Positions 28,502 to 38,600 of a stretch of DNA of 64,000 nucleotides are shown piece by piece (position 1 is the stretch's first letter; each line of letters opens with the position of its first letter). The position numbers were made by a program, and so were the translations under genes. Under the pieces are notes generated by a model that saw nothing but the letters and a program-made list of their open reading frames with translations, was not told where the DNA came from and did no database searches. The stretch is from Planctomycetota bacterium (GTDB lineage Bacteria > Planctomycetota > B15-G4), in the NCBI GenBank assembly GCA_038212275.1, contig JBBQUR010000014.1, positions 1-64,000 of the forward strand, in the 5' to 3' direction.

Positions 28502-30021
28502 AGCTCTCCACGGTGCTCATCATCGCGCGCAAGGAGTTTCGCGACGTGCTGCGCGACCGCCGCACGCTCCTGTTCATGCTGCTCCTGCCCATCGCCGTGA
28601 TGCCGGTGCTGCTCATCGGCGTCTCGCGCTTCGCCATGAGTCAGCGCACGGCGAAGGAATCGCGCGAGCTCACCATCGCGGCCGATCCGATGGGGCGCAA
28701 CCTGCTGACCTCGCTCGCCAACCGCTGGTTCACCGACAACCTGCTGGTGCTCGGCGTCGTCTCGGCCAGGCTCGGCGTCGCGACGGCAGCCAGCATCGAC
28801 GAGCTGGACGAGCTCTCCGCGCGCGCCGAAACGCTCAAGGGCGGACAGTCGAAGAAGGCTCCGGACGGCGACACCGCGCTGCTGGCCTCCTACAAGGCTT
28901 TCCAGGAGCTGACTCCCGAGCAGGTCCGGTTTCTCGGCGACGCCTCGGCGATCTCGCGGCTGCTCAAGCTGACCAGCTGGAAGACTCTGGACGAGCTGCC
29001 GGAACCGAAGGACGGCAAGCTGGCCCAGGGCGTGTCCGTGCCGGAGGACATGCCGGGCAAGCTCGGCGAACCGAGAGTGGCCGCCGCGATCACCAGCAAG
29101 GAGAAGGCGGTGCACGCCGCGATCGACGTGCCCGTCGATGCTCTGCTGGAGCGGCTCGATGACGAGGACATCGCCTCCTCGATCAAGCTCACGGTGCTGT
29201 ACGACAGCAGCCAGAGCCTGAGCAAGGAAGCCTACGACCGCCTCGAGACTTTCATCGATGCTCTGTCTCGCTCGGAGATGCGGCTGCGCCTCGCGAAGCA
29301 GTCGCTGCGACCGGGCTTCATCGAGCCATACGACCTGCGCGAGGCGAACGTCGCGAGCGACAGCCGCAAGCTGCAGGCGGTTCTCGGCGGGCTGCTCCCC
29401 TACCTCATCATCCTGTTCTCGTTCTTCGGAGCCTTCTACCCGTCTCTCGATCTCACGGCGGGCGAGAAGGAACGCTTCACGCTGGAGACGCTGCTGCTGG
29501 CGCCCGTGTCGAGACTCGACATCGCGGCCGGCAAGTTCCTCGTCGTCTTCACCGCCGCCATCACCGCAGCCGTGCTCACGACCACGTCGATGGCCCTGAC
29601 GTTCCGTTACGGCGTGCTGCCCGAGGGAGCGAGCAGCGCCCTCCAGCTGGAATTCCAGCCGCTGGCGCTGGCGCTCGCCGCCTCGCTGCTCGTGCCCGTC
29701 GCGGCGCTCTTCGCCGCCACGCTCCTGGGCGTGGCTCTCTGCGCGCGGTCGTTCAAGGAGGCGCAGAGCTACGCGGCACCGCTGCAGTTCCTCATCATCC
29801 TGCCTGCCGTGGCCGCGATGATGCCGGACCTCGAGACGGAACTCCGCTGGGCGTGGGTGCCGCTGATGAACGTGTCGCTGCTCATGAAGGAGCTGCTCAA
29901 GGGCAACTACCTCTGGGAGTTCTACACGATCACGCTGGTCAGCATGCTCGCGCTCGCGGGCCTCGTGCTCTGGATCGCCAGCCGGCTGTTTCAGCGCGAG
30001 TCCGTGCTGCTGCGCACATGA
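28498..30021 (+). CDS. ABC permease (NatB-like Na+ efflux type)
   Basis: KEFRDVLRDRRTL, DLTAGEKERFTLETLLLAPVSR, ARSFKEAQSY; GTGA overlap. Confidence 0.88.
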   Translation: MKLSTVLIIARKEFRDVLRDRRTLLFMLLLPIAVMPVLLIGVSRFAMSQRTAKESRELTIAADPMGRNLLTSLANRWFTDNLLVLGVVSARLGVATAASIDELDELSARAETLKGGQSKKAPDGDTALLASYKAFQELTPEQVRFLGDASAISRLLKLTSWKTLDELPEPKDGKLAQGVSVPEDMPGKLGEPRVAAAITSKEKAVHAAIDVPVDALLERLDDEDIASSIKLTVLYDSSQSLSKEAYDRLETFIDALSRSEMRLRLAKQSLRPGFIEPYDLREANVASDSRKLQAVLGGLLPYLIILFSFFGAFYPSLDLTAGEKERFTLETLLLAPVSRLDIAAGKFLVVFTAAITAAVLTTTSMALTFRYGVLPEGASSALQLEFQPLALALAASLLVPVAALFAATLLGVALCARSFKEAQSYAAPLQFLIILPAVAAMMPDLETELRWAWVPLMNVSLLMKELLKGNYLWEFYTITLVSMLALAGLVLWIASRLFQRESVLLRT

Positions 30022-30023
30022 CG

Positions 30024-30061
30024 CGACCCCCGGACTCCGCTCGCGCGAGGTCCGGGGGTCG
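30024..30061. terminator. Strong hairpin between convergent genes (putative bidirectional terminator)
   Basis: CGACCCCCGGAC (30024-30035) pairs perfectly with GTCCGGGGGTCG (30050-30061); no clear U-tract. Confidence 0.55.
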
Positions 30062-30108
30062 TCGCTCGAGGCGACAGCAGCCGCCGCGATCCGGTCCGTG
30101 CCGGACGC

Positions 30109-30618
30109 TCAGCGCTGCTTCTGCGCCATCGAAGCCTTGCCCTTGAGCTTGGCCGCCTTGCCGCTGGCGAGTTGCGCCTTGACGGCCTGCTTGATCTTGG
30201 TGCGCTTGCCGAACTGCTGCTTGAGCAGGTTCTTCGTCGGAGCCGCATGATTTTTGACCTTGGTGGCCTTCATGTGCTTCGACTTGTTCGAGACCTGCTT
30301 CGCGAGGATGTTCGCGCGAGCCTTCTTGAAGGCAACGTTCTTCTTCCAGTTCTGGTAGCGAACGAAGTTCTGGGACTTGGACTTCTGGCCAGCCGAGCTG
30401 CGGTTCGCGCCCTGCGGCATGACAGCCTTGGCGGGAGTGCGATTCTCCCACGCGTTGAAGCGCATGAAGTTCTTGGCCTTCGGCGCGTTGAGCGCCATGC
30501 TCTTCTGGTTCTTGGCCTGGATATTGGCCTTGCGGACCTGCGCCGCCTGCTGGGCATCCGATGCCGGAGCGAGGCTGATCAAGGCGAGGGCAACGAGGGA
30601 AAGCGACAACTTGCGCAT
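30109..30618 (-). CDS. Secreted, highly basic Lys/Ala/Gln/Asn-rich hypothetical protein
   Basis: GGAG upstream; signal peptide ending ASDA; strong codon bias (AAG, AAC, GCC). Confidence 0.8.
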   Translation of the reverse strand: MRKLSLSLVALALISLAPASDAQQAAQVRKANIQAKNQKSMALNAPKAKNFMRFNAWENRTPAKAVMPQGANRSSAGQKSKSQNFVRYQNWKKNVAFKKARANILAKQVSNKSKHMKATKVKNHAAPTKNLLKQQFGKRTKIKQAVKAQLASGKAAKLKGKASMAQKQR

Positions 30619-30679
30619 CTCAAGAATCTCCGAGGGTGACAGGAAGCGCTCTTACTTCGGCCGGAGCCCCCTGACACTT

Positions 30680-32125
30680 GTGAAAACTTCCCGGGGACGG
30701 CCCGCCGGGCTGCGGCTGGCGTGGCGCTGCGGCCTCATCCTCGCCGCGTTGCTGCCCGGCGGCTGCGGTCCCGATACGGGCTCAGCGCCCTCGGCGCCTT
30801 CTGCGACACCTGCGGACACAGACCGCCGGCCCGACGTGCTGCTCGTGCTCATCGACACCCTGCGCGCCGACCGTACCGGGGCGCTCCAGCCAGCCGGCGC
30901 CGACAACACGCCCGCGCTCTCCGCGCTCGGAGCGCGCGGCGCCACCTATCGTCAGGCCGTCGCGCCGGCTGCGTGGACGCTGCCTTCCATGGCCGCGCTC
31001 ATGGCCGGGCACGACGTTGCCGAGAACCGTCGCTCAGCCTTCCCGGGAGAGCCGACGCTGGCGGAGCGCTTCGCTGCCGGCGGCTGGCACACCGCCGCCC
31101 TCACGGCCAATCCGCTGCTCACCGCGGACAACGGTTTCGCCCGCGGCTTCGACAGCTTCGAGGTCGCGCCCGCGAACAGCACCGCAAGCCTGCTGGCCAG
31201 CGTGCACGACCTGCGCGCCTGGGACGCCCAGGCACTGACGGAGCGCGCGTTGATTCTCCTGGGCAGCGCACCGCGCGATCGCCCCGTCTTCCTGTACCTG
31301 CACCTCATGGATGCGCACGTGCCCTACGATCCGCAGCACGCCGAGCTGGCGCCTCCCTCGCCGGGCTGGTCGGAGGCCGACGCACCACTCCACGCGTGGA
31401 CGGACTCGCTTCAGGACGCGCAGGTCGCGCGGCTCGCCGGCTGGCGACGGGCGTACGACGGCCAGGTCCGCTTCGCCGATGCCGCGCTGGGCAGGTTGAT
31501 CGCGCGCCTGCCGGACATCCGCGCACGCCCCTGCCTCGTGGCCGTCACGTCGGACCACGGCGAGGGCCTGTTCAGCCATGCGCGCGAGGCGGACTCTCCC
31601 GCGATCGAAGCCCTGCTCGGCGAGGGCTACCCGGATCATGGCGAGCAGCTGCACGAAGAATCGCTGCGCGTGCCGCTCTGGCTCTGCGGGCCGGGCGTGC
31701 CTGCGGGCCTCGATGAGCGTCGGCCGGTGCCGACCGCGCGACTGGGCCCCACGCTGCTGGCGTTGGCGGGGCTGCCGTCGGCCGGGGAGTCACTGCCTCT
31801 GCACCCGGATGACCCGGTGCCCAAGCTGATCTTCTCGGTCGGGACGCGCGGCTGGAGCGCACGCACCGCGACGCGCAAGTCCATCGAGCCCTTTCCCGAG
31901 CGCCTTGCGCACGAGGGCGTGGGCCCCCTCCTCTTCGCGATGCCGCACGCCGACGACATTCCCTGGGCGCTGGAGTTCGAGGACCTCTCGACGCGCGAAC
32001 CGGACATCCTGCGCAAGCTCTCCGAGTCCTGCGACGCCTGGCGCCGCGCGACCACCGCAGTGATGCCGGAGGCCCTCGACTCGGCCACTGAGGAGCGCCT
32101 GCGCGCCCTGGGCTACGTCCGCTGA
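30680..32125 (+). CDS. Sulfatase-family (alkaline phosphatase superfamily) lipoprotein
   Basis: DVLLVLIDTLRAD, WTLPSMAALMAG, FLYLHLMDAHVPY, YDGQV, TSDHGE, LRVPL, ERLRALGY. Start approximate. Confidence 0.88.
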   Translation: MKTSRGRPAGLRLAWRCGLILAALLPGGCGPDTGSAPSAPSATPADTDRRPDVLLVLIDTLRADRTGALQPAGADNTPALSALGARGATYRQAVAPAAWTLPSMAALMAGHDVAENRRSAFPGEPTLAERFAAGGWHTAALTANPLLTADNGFARGFDSFEVAPANSTASLLASVHDLRAWDAQALTERALILLGSAPRDRPVFLYLHLMDAHVPYDPQHAELAPPSPGWSEADAPLHAWTDSLQDAQVARLAGWRRAYDGQVRFADAALGRLIARLPDIRARPCLVAVTSDHGEGLFSHAREADSPAIEALLGEGYPDHGEQLHEESLRVPLWLCGPGVPAGLDERRPVPTARLGPTLLALAGLPSAGESLPLHPDDPVPKLIFSVGTRGWSARTATRKSIEPFPERLAHEGVGPLLFAMPHADDIPWALEFEDLSTREPDILRKLSESCDAWRRATTAVMPEALDSATEERLRALGYVR

Positions 32126-32158
32126 TCGGCCGGGCGCCCCCGCACCCGTGCCTCGCCG

Positions 32159-32188
32159 TTGCATGAGCGGGTCGCGGTTGGCCATACT
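32159..32188 (+). promoter_or_regulatory. Putative sigma-70 promoter of tRNA-Val
   Basis: TTGCAT-N18-CATACT ending 17 nt before the tRNA. Confidence 0.4.
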
Positions 32189-32205
32189 CTGCGGCTCGTT
32201 TCGCC

Positions 32206-32281
32206 GGGCGTGTAGCGCAGTTGGTAGCGCACCTGGATCACACCCAGGGGGTCACAGGTTCGAGTCCTGTCACGCCCACCA
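32206..32281 (+). tRNA. tRNA-Val(CAC)
   Basis: Cloverleaf GGGCGTG/CACGCCC, D arm GCGC, anticodon stem CCTGG/CCAGG with loop ATCACAC, TTCGAGT, encoded CCA. Confidence 0.95.
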
Positions 32282-32479
32282 GCGCAGCGTTCCGCCGGCC
32301 CGGCCGCTGCTCTGCCCGCCGCTCCGAGCCCGGTCACGACCCGGCGCAGCTCACGGGATGACGAGTGACCTGATCGCCCCGAAGGTCAGCAGGCCGTTCG
32401 CGTCGTGCGACGCGGCCTCGTCCACGATGCCGTGGAACATGGGATAAAACACGTCGCACGTCGACAGCCAGCTGACGAA

Positions 32480-35020
32480 TCAGCCCTGGCCCTGACTCGA
32501 CGGCGCCCGTGACACCGCCGGCTTGAGTCTCCACGCGGCGCGGCCGACCGACGTTCCGCTGTAGCGTTGCACAAGGGCGACCTCGCACGACGCAGAGGCG
32601 CGCTTCGGCAAGCGCACGTGCAGAGTCACCAGATGTCGCTCACCAGCAGCCAGGCGAGCGCATCCAAGACTCGTGACGCCGACGGGCGACACGCGGCCGC
32701 GTCGCGATGTCCGCCGCGAGTCGACATCGAAGGCGCCCACCGGCAGGCTGAGGCGCGCGGCGAGCTTCTCCGGCAGCTCGATCTCGACCGTGGCGCCGAA
32801 CGGCAGGTGGCTCTCGACCTGCAATTCCATGTCGGCGTCGTCGCCGCCGGGTGCGCCGGAGAACAGTGCCGAGAGCACTGTGCCTTCGAATTCGGGAACG
32901 GCGAGCACATGAAAGTTGCGCCACGCCGCGTTGTTCTCGGTACGGATCCACGCGGCGAAGTGATCCACGTCGCTCAACTCTGCAGGAACGACGCCTCCGA
33001 CCACCGGGTTGAAGGTCGTGGGCGTGAACAGCTGGTCCGCCGGATGGGACACCGTCGCGATGAAGCAGTAGTGCCCGGTGGTGTCGGGAACCACCCAGCG
33101 TATCGGCCCGGCCACCGTGAGCACGTTGCCCTGTGGCACCGTCACCGTGGTGGAACCGATGAGTGTCCACGGCGGCAGGGTCAGCATGCTGGCTTTCGCA
33201 TACCACACGGTGACGGTGGCCGGGCGCATGTCATCGGCGCCGCGATTGCGAAGGCGCACGTAGAGCTCTGCCGGCCGGCCGCTCACCAGAGGGTCGCCGA
33301 GATCGTCGTCATTCTCCGTCCCGCTGCCTTGACCGAAGCGGGCGGCGGGCGTGGGAACGGCCGCCAGGGGCGGCGAGCACGCGATGATGTCGGGACTCTG
33401 CCACAGCCGCCCGGCATGCGCGCCCCCGCTGTCGCCGATGTTGTCGCGGATGTAGAGATCCGGGAGCAGGCCCATCGCCTCGGCGATGGCCTGCAGGTCC
33501 GGCATGACGCCGATGACGTCGCTGCCATCCGTCGCGAGCGGCGTGTTGATCCTCCGGTCACGCAGGAGTGCGCGCATCTGCATCGGGGGCAGGTATCCAA
33601 GCCCCATCGGATGGTTCCGCGCAAGTCCCTGCACGACGAGCGCCGCGCCCGCGATGATGGCCGCGGCCGCCGACGTGCCATTGAAGTTCGGCGTGTCGAA
33701 GTCGCTGAAGGGTTCATGCGCGCCGGTACAGGCCGCGGCATACACGTGGTCTCCCGGGCCGAAGCAGTCGATCCGCTTGCCACGGATGCCGTTCGAGAAG
33801 GCGCAGTGACCCACGCCATCCTTCCACAATGAACGGCCGACGAGAATCGCGCCGGAGTCGAACGGCATCAGGTCCACCGGATCCTGCAGATCCAGACCGA
33901 CGTCCGCGTCCGGAAAAACGCCCCCATTGCCGGCGGCCTCGACCACCACGATGTGATGCGCCACGGCGAACTCGATGAGCAGGAAGATCCAGGGATTCGC
34001 CTCACACGGCACTGTGATGCTCTTGGTGACCCACGGCTGGAGGAAGTCGGCGCCATAGACCTCCACCTCGAGCAGCAGCACGGCTCCTGGTGGGCCATTC
34101 AGCAGTTCGAGGATCGCCAGCCAGATCGCGACCTCCGTGTCCTTGTCCGCGTCAGTGGTACCGCCCCTGTACTCCGAGGAGAGAATGATCTGCGGCACGA
34201 GCGGTGCGACGCCGAGGCCGTAGTCGTCGTTCTGCCGGCCGATGGCGATCCCCAGCACCGAGGTGCCGTGTGCTGCCCAATCGCCGCTGTGGTCCCCGCC
34301 GGGAATCAGGCTCAGGCACGCTGCGGCCGCAGGAGCGGGAAGCGCCAACGCCGCCTCCGCGGCGAGTTCGCCGCTTGTCTTGAAGTCGAAATGCGCCATG
34401 TGCCAGCCCTGCTCGACATCGGCGAGGAGTTCGGACTGGCCGCGGCCGCCCGCCTTGTCCCACACGGCGTTCGCGTTCATTCCCACCGGGGCCGCATTCA
34501 GGTGAAGCTGATCGCGCTCCCTGCCAGGCCGATGGCTTCCGGCACCGACCACCTTCGACATCCCGTCGACGATCGGCGGCGGCATGAGCCTGGTCTCGAT
34601 CGTGACTCGCACGATGGGGAGATGCTCCAGCATGAGTGCGCGCAGCTCGGCCGCCAGCGCGTCGCCCCGCTCGTGCGGAGCCAGCGGCCCCCACGAGTCC
34701 ATGGGAGGCAGCACCACGCGGAACAGCGAGAGGAGCGGGGCCCTTGCGTACCGAGGTGTACGGCGCTCCGCTTCCTCCAGCAGTGCATCGATGTGCGAGG
34801 CAGCCGTGGGCAGCAGCGGCTTCAGACGAAGGCCCGGGAAACGAAGTTCCAGCGGCGACCAGCGCGTGTCGCGATGCTGCTTGACCTGTTCCGTCGCGCC
34901 GTCATCCCAGCGAGGCACGGCGTCGGCTCGAAACTGCACCGTGACGAGAGGCAGCGCACGGAGCTTCGGCGCCTCGTCGCGAACATCCGAAGCTGGATCC
35001 TCCCGGCTCGCTGGACTCAT
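32480..35020 (-). CDS. S8 (subtilisin-like) serine peptidase with large C-terminal beta domain
   Basis: ADVEQGW (Asp), HGTSVLG (His), EAAGNG (oxyanion Asn), FNGTSAA (Ser); C-terminal DLYIRDN..WQSPDI..YVRLRNRG..GHYCFIA..NNAAWRN; no signal peptide. Confidence 0.9.
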   Translation of the reverse strand: MSPASREDPASDVRDEAPKLRALPLVTVQFRADAVPRWDDGATEQVKQHRDTRWSPLELRFPGLRLKPLLPTAASHIDALLEEAERRTPRYARAPLLSLFRVVLPPMDSWGPLAPHERGDALAAELRALMLEHLPIVRVTIETRLMPPPIVDGMSKVVGAGSHRPGRERDQLHLNAAPVGMNANAVWDKAGGRGQSELLADVEQGWHMAHFDFKTSGELAAEAALALPAPAAAACLSLIPGGDHSGDWAAHGTSVLGIAIGRQNDDYGLGVAPLVPQIILSSEYRGGTTDADKDTEVAIWLAILELLNGPPGAVLLLEVEVYGADFLQPWVTKSITVPCEANPWIFLLIEFAVAHHIVVVEAAGNGGVFPDADVGLDLQDPVDLMPFDSGAILVGRSLWKDGVGHCAFSNGIRGKRIDCFGPGDHVYAAACTGAHEPFSDFDTPNFNGTSAAAAIIAGAALVVQGLARNHPMGLGYLPPMQMRALLRDRRINTPLATDGSDVIGVMPDLQAIAEAMGLLPDLYIRDNIGDSGGAHAGRLWQSPDIIACSPPLAAVPTPAARFGQGSGTENDDDLGDPLVSGRPAELYVRLRNRGADDMRPATVTVWYAKASMLTLPPWTLIGSTTVTVPQGNVLTVAGPIRWVVPDTTGHYCFIATVSHPADQLFTPTTFNPVVGGVVPAELSDVDHFAAWIRTENNAAWRNFHVLAVPEFEGTVLSALFSGAPGGDDADMELQVESHLPFGATVEIELPEKLAARLSLPVGAFDVDSRRTSRRGRVSPVGVTSLGCARLAAGERHLVTLHVRLPKRASASCEVALVQRYSGTSVGRAAWRLKPAVSRAPSSQGQG

Positions 35021-35141
35021 GTGGCCTCCCCGTCGGGCTCATTGCCATCCGACGGCGGCCTAGCCTATCCTCACCCCCGTCGAGGGTAAAGAAGACCTGC
35101 CACCGGTTCAGGCAGCTGCCTGGACTCCAGGAGAAGCATTG

Positions 35142-35648
35142 ATGCGCTGCCCGAAGGTTGTCCTCTTGCTCTGCACGCTGATCCTCTTTCTTCAGGCCTG
35201 CTGCTGCATGGACTGCGAGTCGTGCCATTCGAGAAGCAAGGCGTGCGCCGTACATCCCGAACCGCCGTTTGTGATTCCGAGTCATCCGCCCGGATCGGGA
35301 CTGGTCTGGGGCACGGTCGACTTCGTCGGCTCGAGTCAGGTCCTGCTCAAGTTTCAGGTCGAGGACGTGGGCGTCAGCGACAAGACGGCGCAGATCACGG
35401 CCTGGGCCGGGAACGGCGATTACGCACCGACGAGCGTTCCGACCGGCACGCCCTTCTATGACAGCGTGACCGAAGTGCCGCTGCGCACCTGGACCTCTCA
35501 CATCGAGCGCAACACCGACAACACCGGCTACTGGGTCTGGGTGAGAGTCGACTACAAGGACGGCACCTCTTCGTCCATTCAGGACAGGCGCCTGTGGTGG
35601 GACCCGGCCAACACGACATCACCGGACACCGTGCACGAATTGCTCTAG
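35142..35648 (+). CDS. Hypothetical Cys-rich putative lipoprotein
   Basis: AGGAG RBS; hydrophobic N-terminus then LQAC-CCMDCESCH; beta-rich mature domain. Confidence 0.7.
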   Translation: MRCPKVVLLLCTLILFLQACCCMDCESCHSRSKACAVHPEPPFVIPSHPPGSGLVWGTVDFVGSSQVLLKFQVEDVGVSDKTAQITAWAGNGDYAPTSVPTGTPFYDSVTEVPLRTWTSHIERNTDNTGYWVWVRVDYKDGTSSSIQDRRLWWDPANTTSPDTVHELL

Positions 35649-35691
35649 GACAGCCGACGGACGCCGACGGGCCGTCACCAGGCCGGCGTGC

Positions 35692-38600
35692 TCACCTGCC
35701 TGCCTCGTGGTGCTCACCTTCCGGTGCCGCACCGCTGTACACGAAGGCCGCCCAGTAATACGGATTGCCGAACTCCTGGTCCGGCCGTTCGGCGGTCAGC
35801 GGCTCTCCTCGCGAGGCGGTGCCCGCACGCAGGGCCTGCTTGGCATGGCGCAACGCGCGGCCGGGCGAAGCTCCCTCGACCACGAAGGCGGTCGTGAAGC
35901 TCTCCATGAGCGCTTCCGCCTCCGCGTCCTGCACCTTCCACAGCGTGGCAATGACTCCGCGTGCTCCGGCCGTGAGGAAGGCATTCGCCATGGACTGCAC
36001 GCCCTCCCCGTTCAGCAGCGGTCCGTCCGCCGTGCGACACGCCGAGAGCACGACGAGGTCGGCATCGAGCTTCAGCCCCGCGATGTCCGCGAGGCTGAAC
36101 AAGCCCTGACCTGCTGCGTCCCAGGCCAGCACGAGTCCGCTGCGGTGCGCATCCCAGCGATCGATGTGCGCGTGCGCGGCAATGTGAATGAGGCGCGCTG
36201 ACGGCGCCAGGCTGGCCAGTGCCGAGACCGAGGCCTCGCGCCCCAGGCGCAACTCGAACGACTGCGTCGAGAGCGACACGTCACGAGTCGTCTCGAGCTG
36301 CGACAACTCATAGAGATCGTCCTTGACTCGTTCGTCGTGGCGCTGCGTCAGCAGCAGCCGCGCGATGCGGGCCAGTTCGTCCCGCGTCTTCGGCACTCGC
36401 GGCCAGCGCGTCACCGTGTCGCCGCGCGCCGCAAGCAGGACGGGCGAGACCTCGGCAGCGTACGTCGGGTCACCCAGCAACAGCGCGCCGCGCGCAAGGG
36501 TCGCGCTCCTTGGCGCCGCCAACGCGACGAGCGCCGCGGACGAGGGCGCGTAGCTCACATCCATCCTGTCGAGGACAAAGTCGATCTGGTCGAATCGCGT
36601 CGCCCCTTCGGGCGCCGAAACGACCAGCGCCTCGAAAGGCAGGCGCGCCAATTCGCCGTCGGGCACGATGACGACGCTGTCGCGCGCCAGCCCCAGCGGC
36701 GCCAGCAGGCGTTGATGCAGCTGACGGCCGAGGCCTATCACTTCCGAGGCGTCGGGCAGACTCCCCTTCTCGTTGCCGATGTCGTCCGCGTAGGCCTGCA
36801 CGAGCTCCTCGATGGGCCGGCGCGCACCGAGGTCGACGAGCCGCAGCTCCGCGCCCTGCAGGACAAAGGCGTAGAGGCGCGCGTCGCCCGCGACGTATTC
36901 GACGAGGGCGCTGTCGCCCAGCAGCGACGTGAGCCGCGGCACCAGATCCGTCGGCACCCCGGAGGGAGCGCCCGCCGCGCCGTCCAGCGCCGCCAGCAGC
37001 GTGTGCGACTTCCACTGCGCCACGCGACGCAGCCCTTCCGCGACGGAGGCCGGGTCGTGCCCGGCGCGCCGCGCGGCCAGGTCCGCCGCCACGCTGCCCC
37101 AGTCGTTCCGCTCGGAGCGGCGTGATCGCACCTGCGCCGCTTCGAGGCTCGAAAGCGCCGAGATCTCCTCACGCGCGGACTCTTTCCATGCGCGATCGAG
37201 CAGCTCGGCCACCTTCGCCTCATCACCCGCCAGCAACGCGGCGCGGGCGACGCCGTGCAGCGCGGGGAGCAGGAGGTCGCCTGCGTCCTGCGCCATCAGC
37301 CCGGCCACCGAAGCGTCGGCCTGGGAGCGAGCCGTGTCGAGCGAGCCGAGCCGGCAGTTCACCTCGCTGGCCGTCATGAGACTGACCGCGCGCAGGTACG
37401 GGTCGTCCAGCCGCTCGGCAAGCGAAAGCGCCTCCACGCTCAGCGGTGCCGCCTGCGGCGTCAACTCCCTGTCGAGCAGCAGGGCGGCCTTGCCGTTGAG
37501 CGCGAGCCAGCGCGCCCTGCTCGTCTCCGCGGCCGCCGACAACGACTCGTCGTAGAGCTGCATCGCACGGTCCCCGTCGTCCTGCAGCTCGGAGAGCAGC
37601 GCGAGGTTGGTGAGAAGCGTCGAGCGCTCGTCAGCGCTCTTGACGCTCGCGAGCAGTTGCTCGACGCACTCGCGCGCGGCGCCGAACTCGCCCAGGCTGA
37701 AGGCAAGCGTCGACCGGGCCTGCAGGAGCGTGCTGTCGTATGCCGACGGCATGTGGGGCGCCGCCAAGGCCTGTGTGCGGTCCATGAGGCCGAGCGCAGT
37801 GCCGTAGTGCCCGCGCAGCAGCTCCACGAGCGCGAGCTGACCGAGCGCCTCCACCTGCTGGGTCCACACCGTCGCACCGGCCGCGGCCAGCTGGAGCAGC
37901 TGGGCGGCCCTCGCGAAGTCCGCGCGCGACTGATACCAGCGGCCGGCCTCGAATCGAACGGCTGTCGCGTAGTACGCCTGGCAGTGCTCGTCCAGCGCGG
38001 CCAGCGCCTCCTCGTGCAGGCGACGCGCGCCGTCGTGGTCGCGCCGTCCGGCAGCGGCTTGCGCCATGCGGCTGGTGGCCAACGCCTTCACCCCCGCATC
38101 GACCGCCGCCGCGCGCTCTCGATCGAAGCACTGCTGCGCGTCGTTCCAGTCGCCCAGCGCGAGCGCGACCTGACCGAGGTAGTCTTCCAGCGAGGCAAGC
38201 AATGTCAGCTGACCGGAGGCCACCACCGCCTCGCGCGAACCGATCAGGAGATTGCGCGCCTGCTGCAGGTCTCCGCCCTCGCGGAACACCAGACTGCCCA
38301 TCATCATGCGCGCCATGCCGTGATGCATCGACAAGCCGGGCCTCGCGCGGCATGCCAGCAGCGCCGTGCGCGCGTCCGGCAGCTCGGCGGCATCCAGATG
38401 GCGGATCCCGCGATTCAGGAAGTCGGCCGCCGACGCGAGCTCCACGCTTCCAGCAAGCGCTGTCACATCGCCGGGTCCGTCCGGCAGCTCCAGCATGTGT
38501 GCGCCCGGCGCGAGCTCGGCGATCAGCCAGCCGGCATCATTCCGCTCGCCGTCGAGGATGAGCGCGCCGTCCGAACGCGCCAGCGTGTAGGTGCCGGCTT

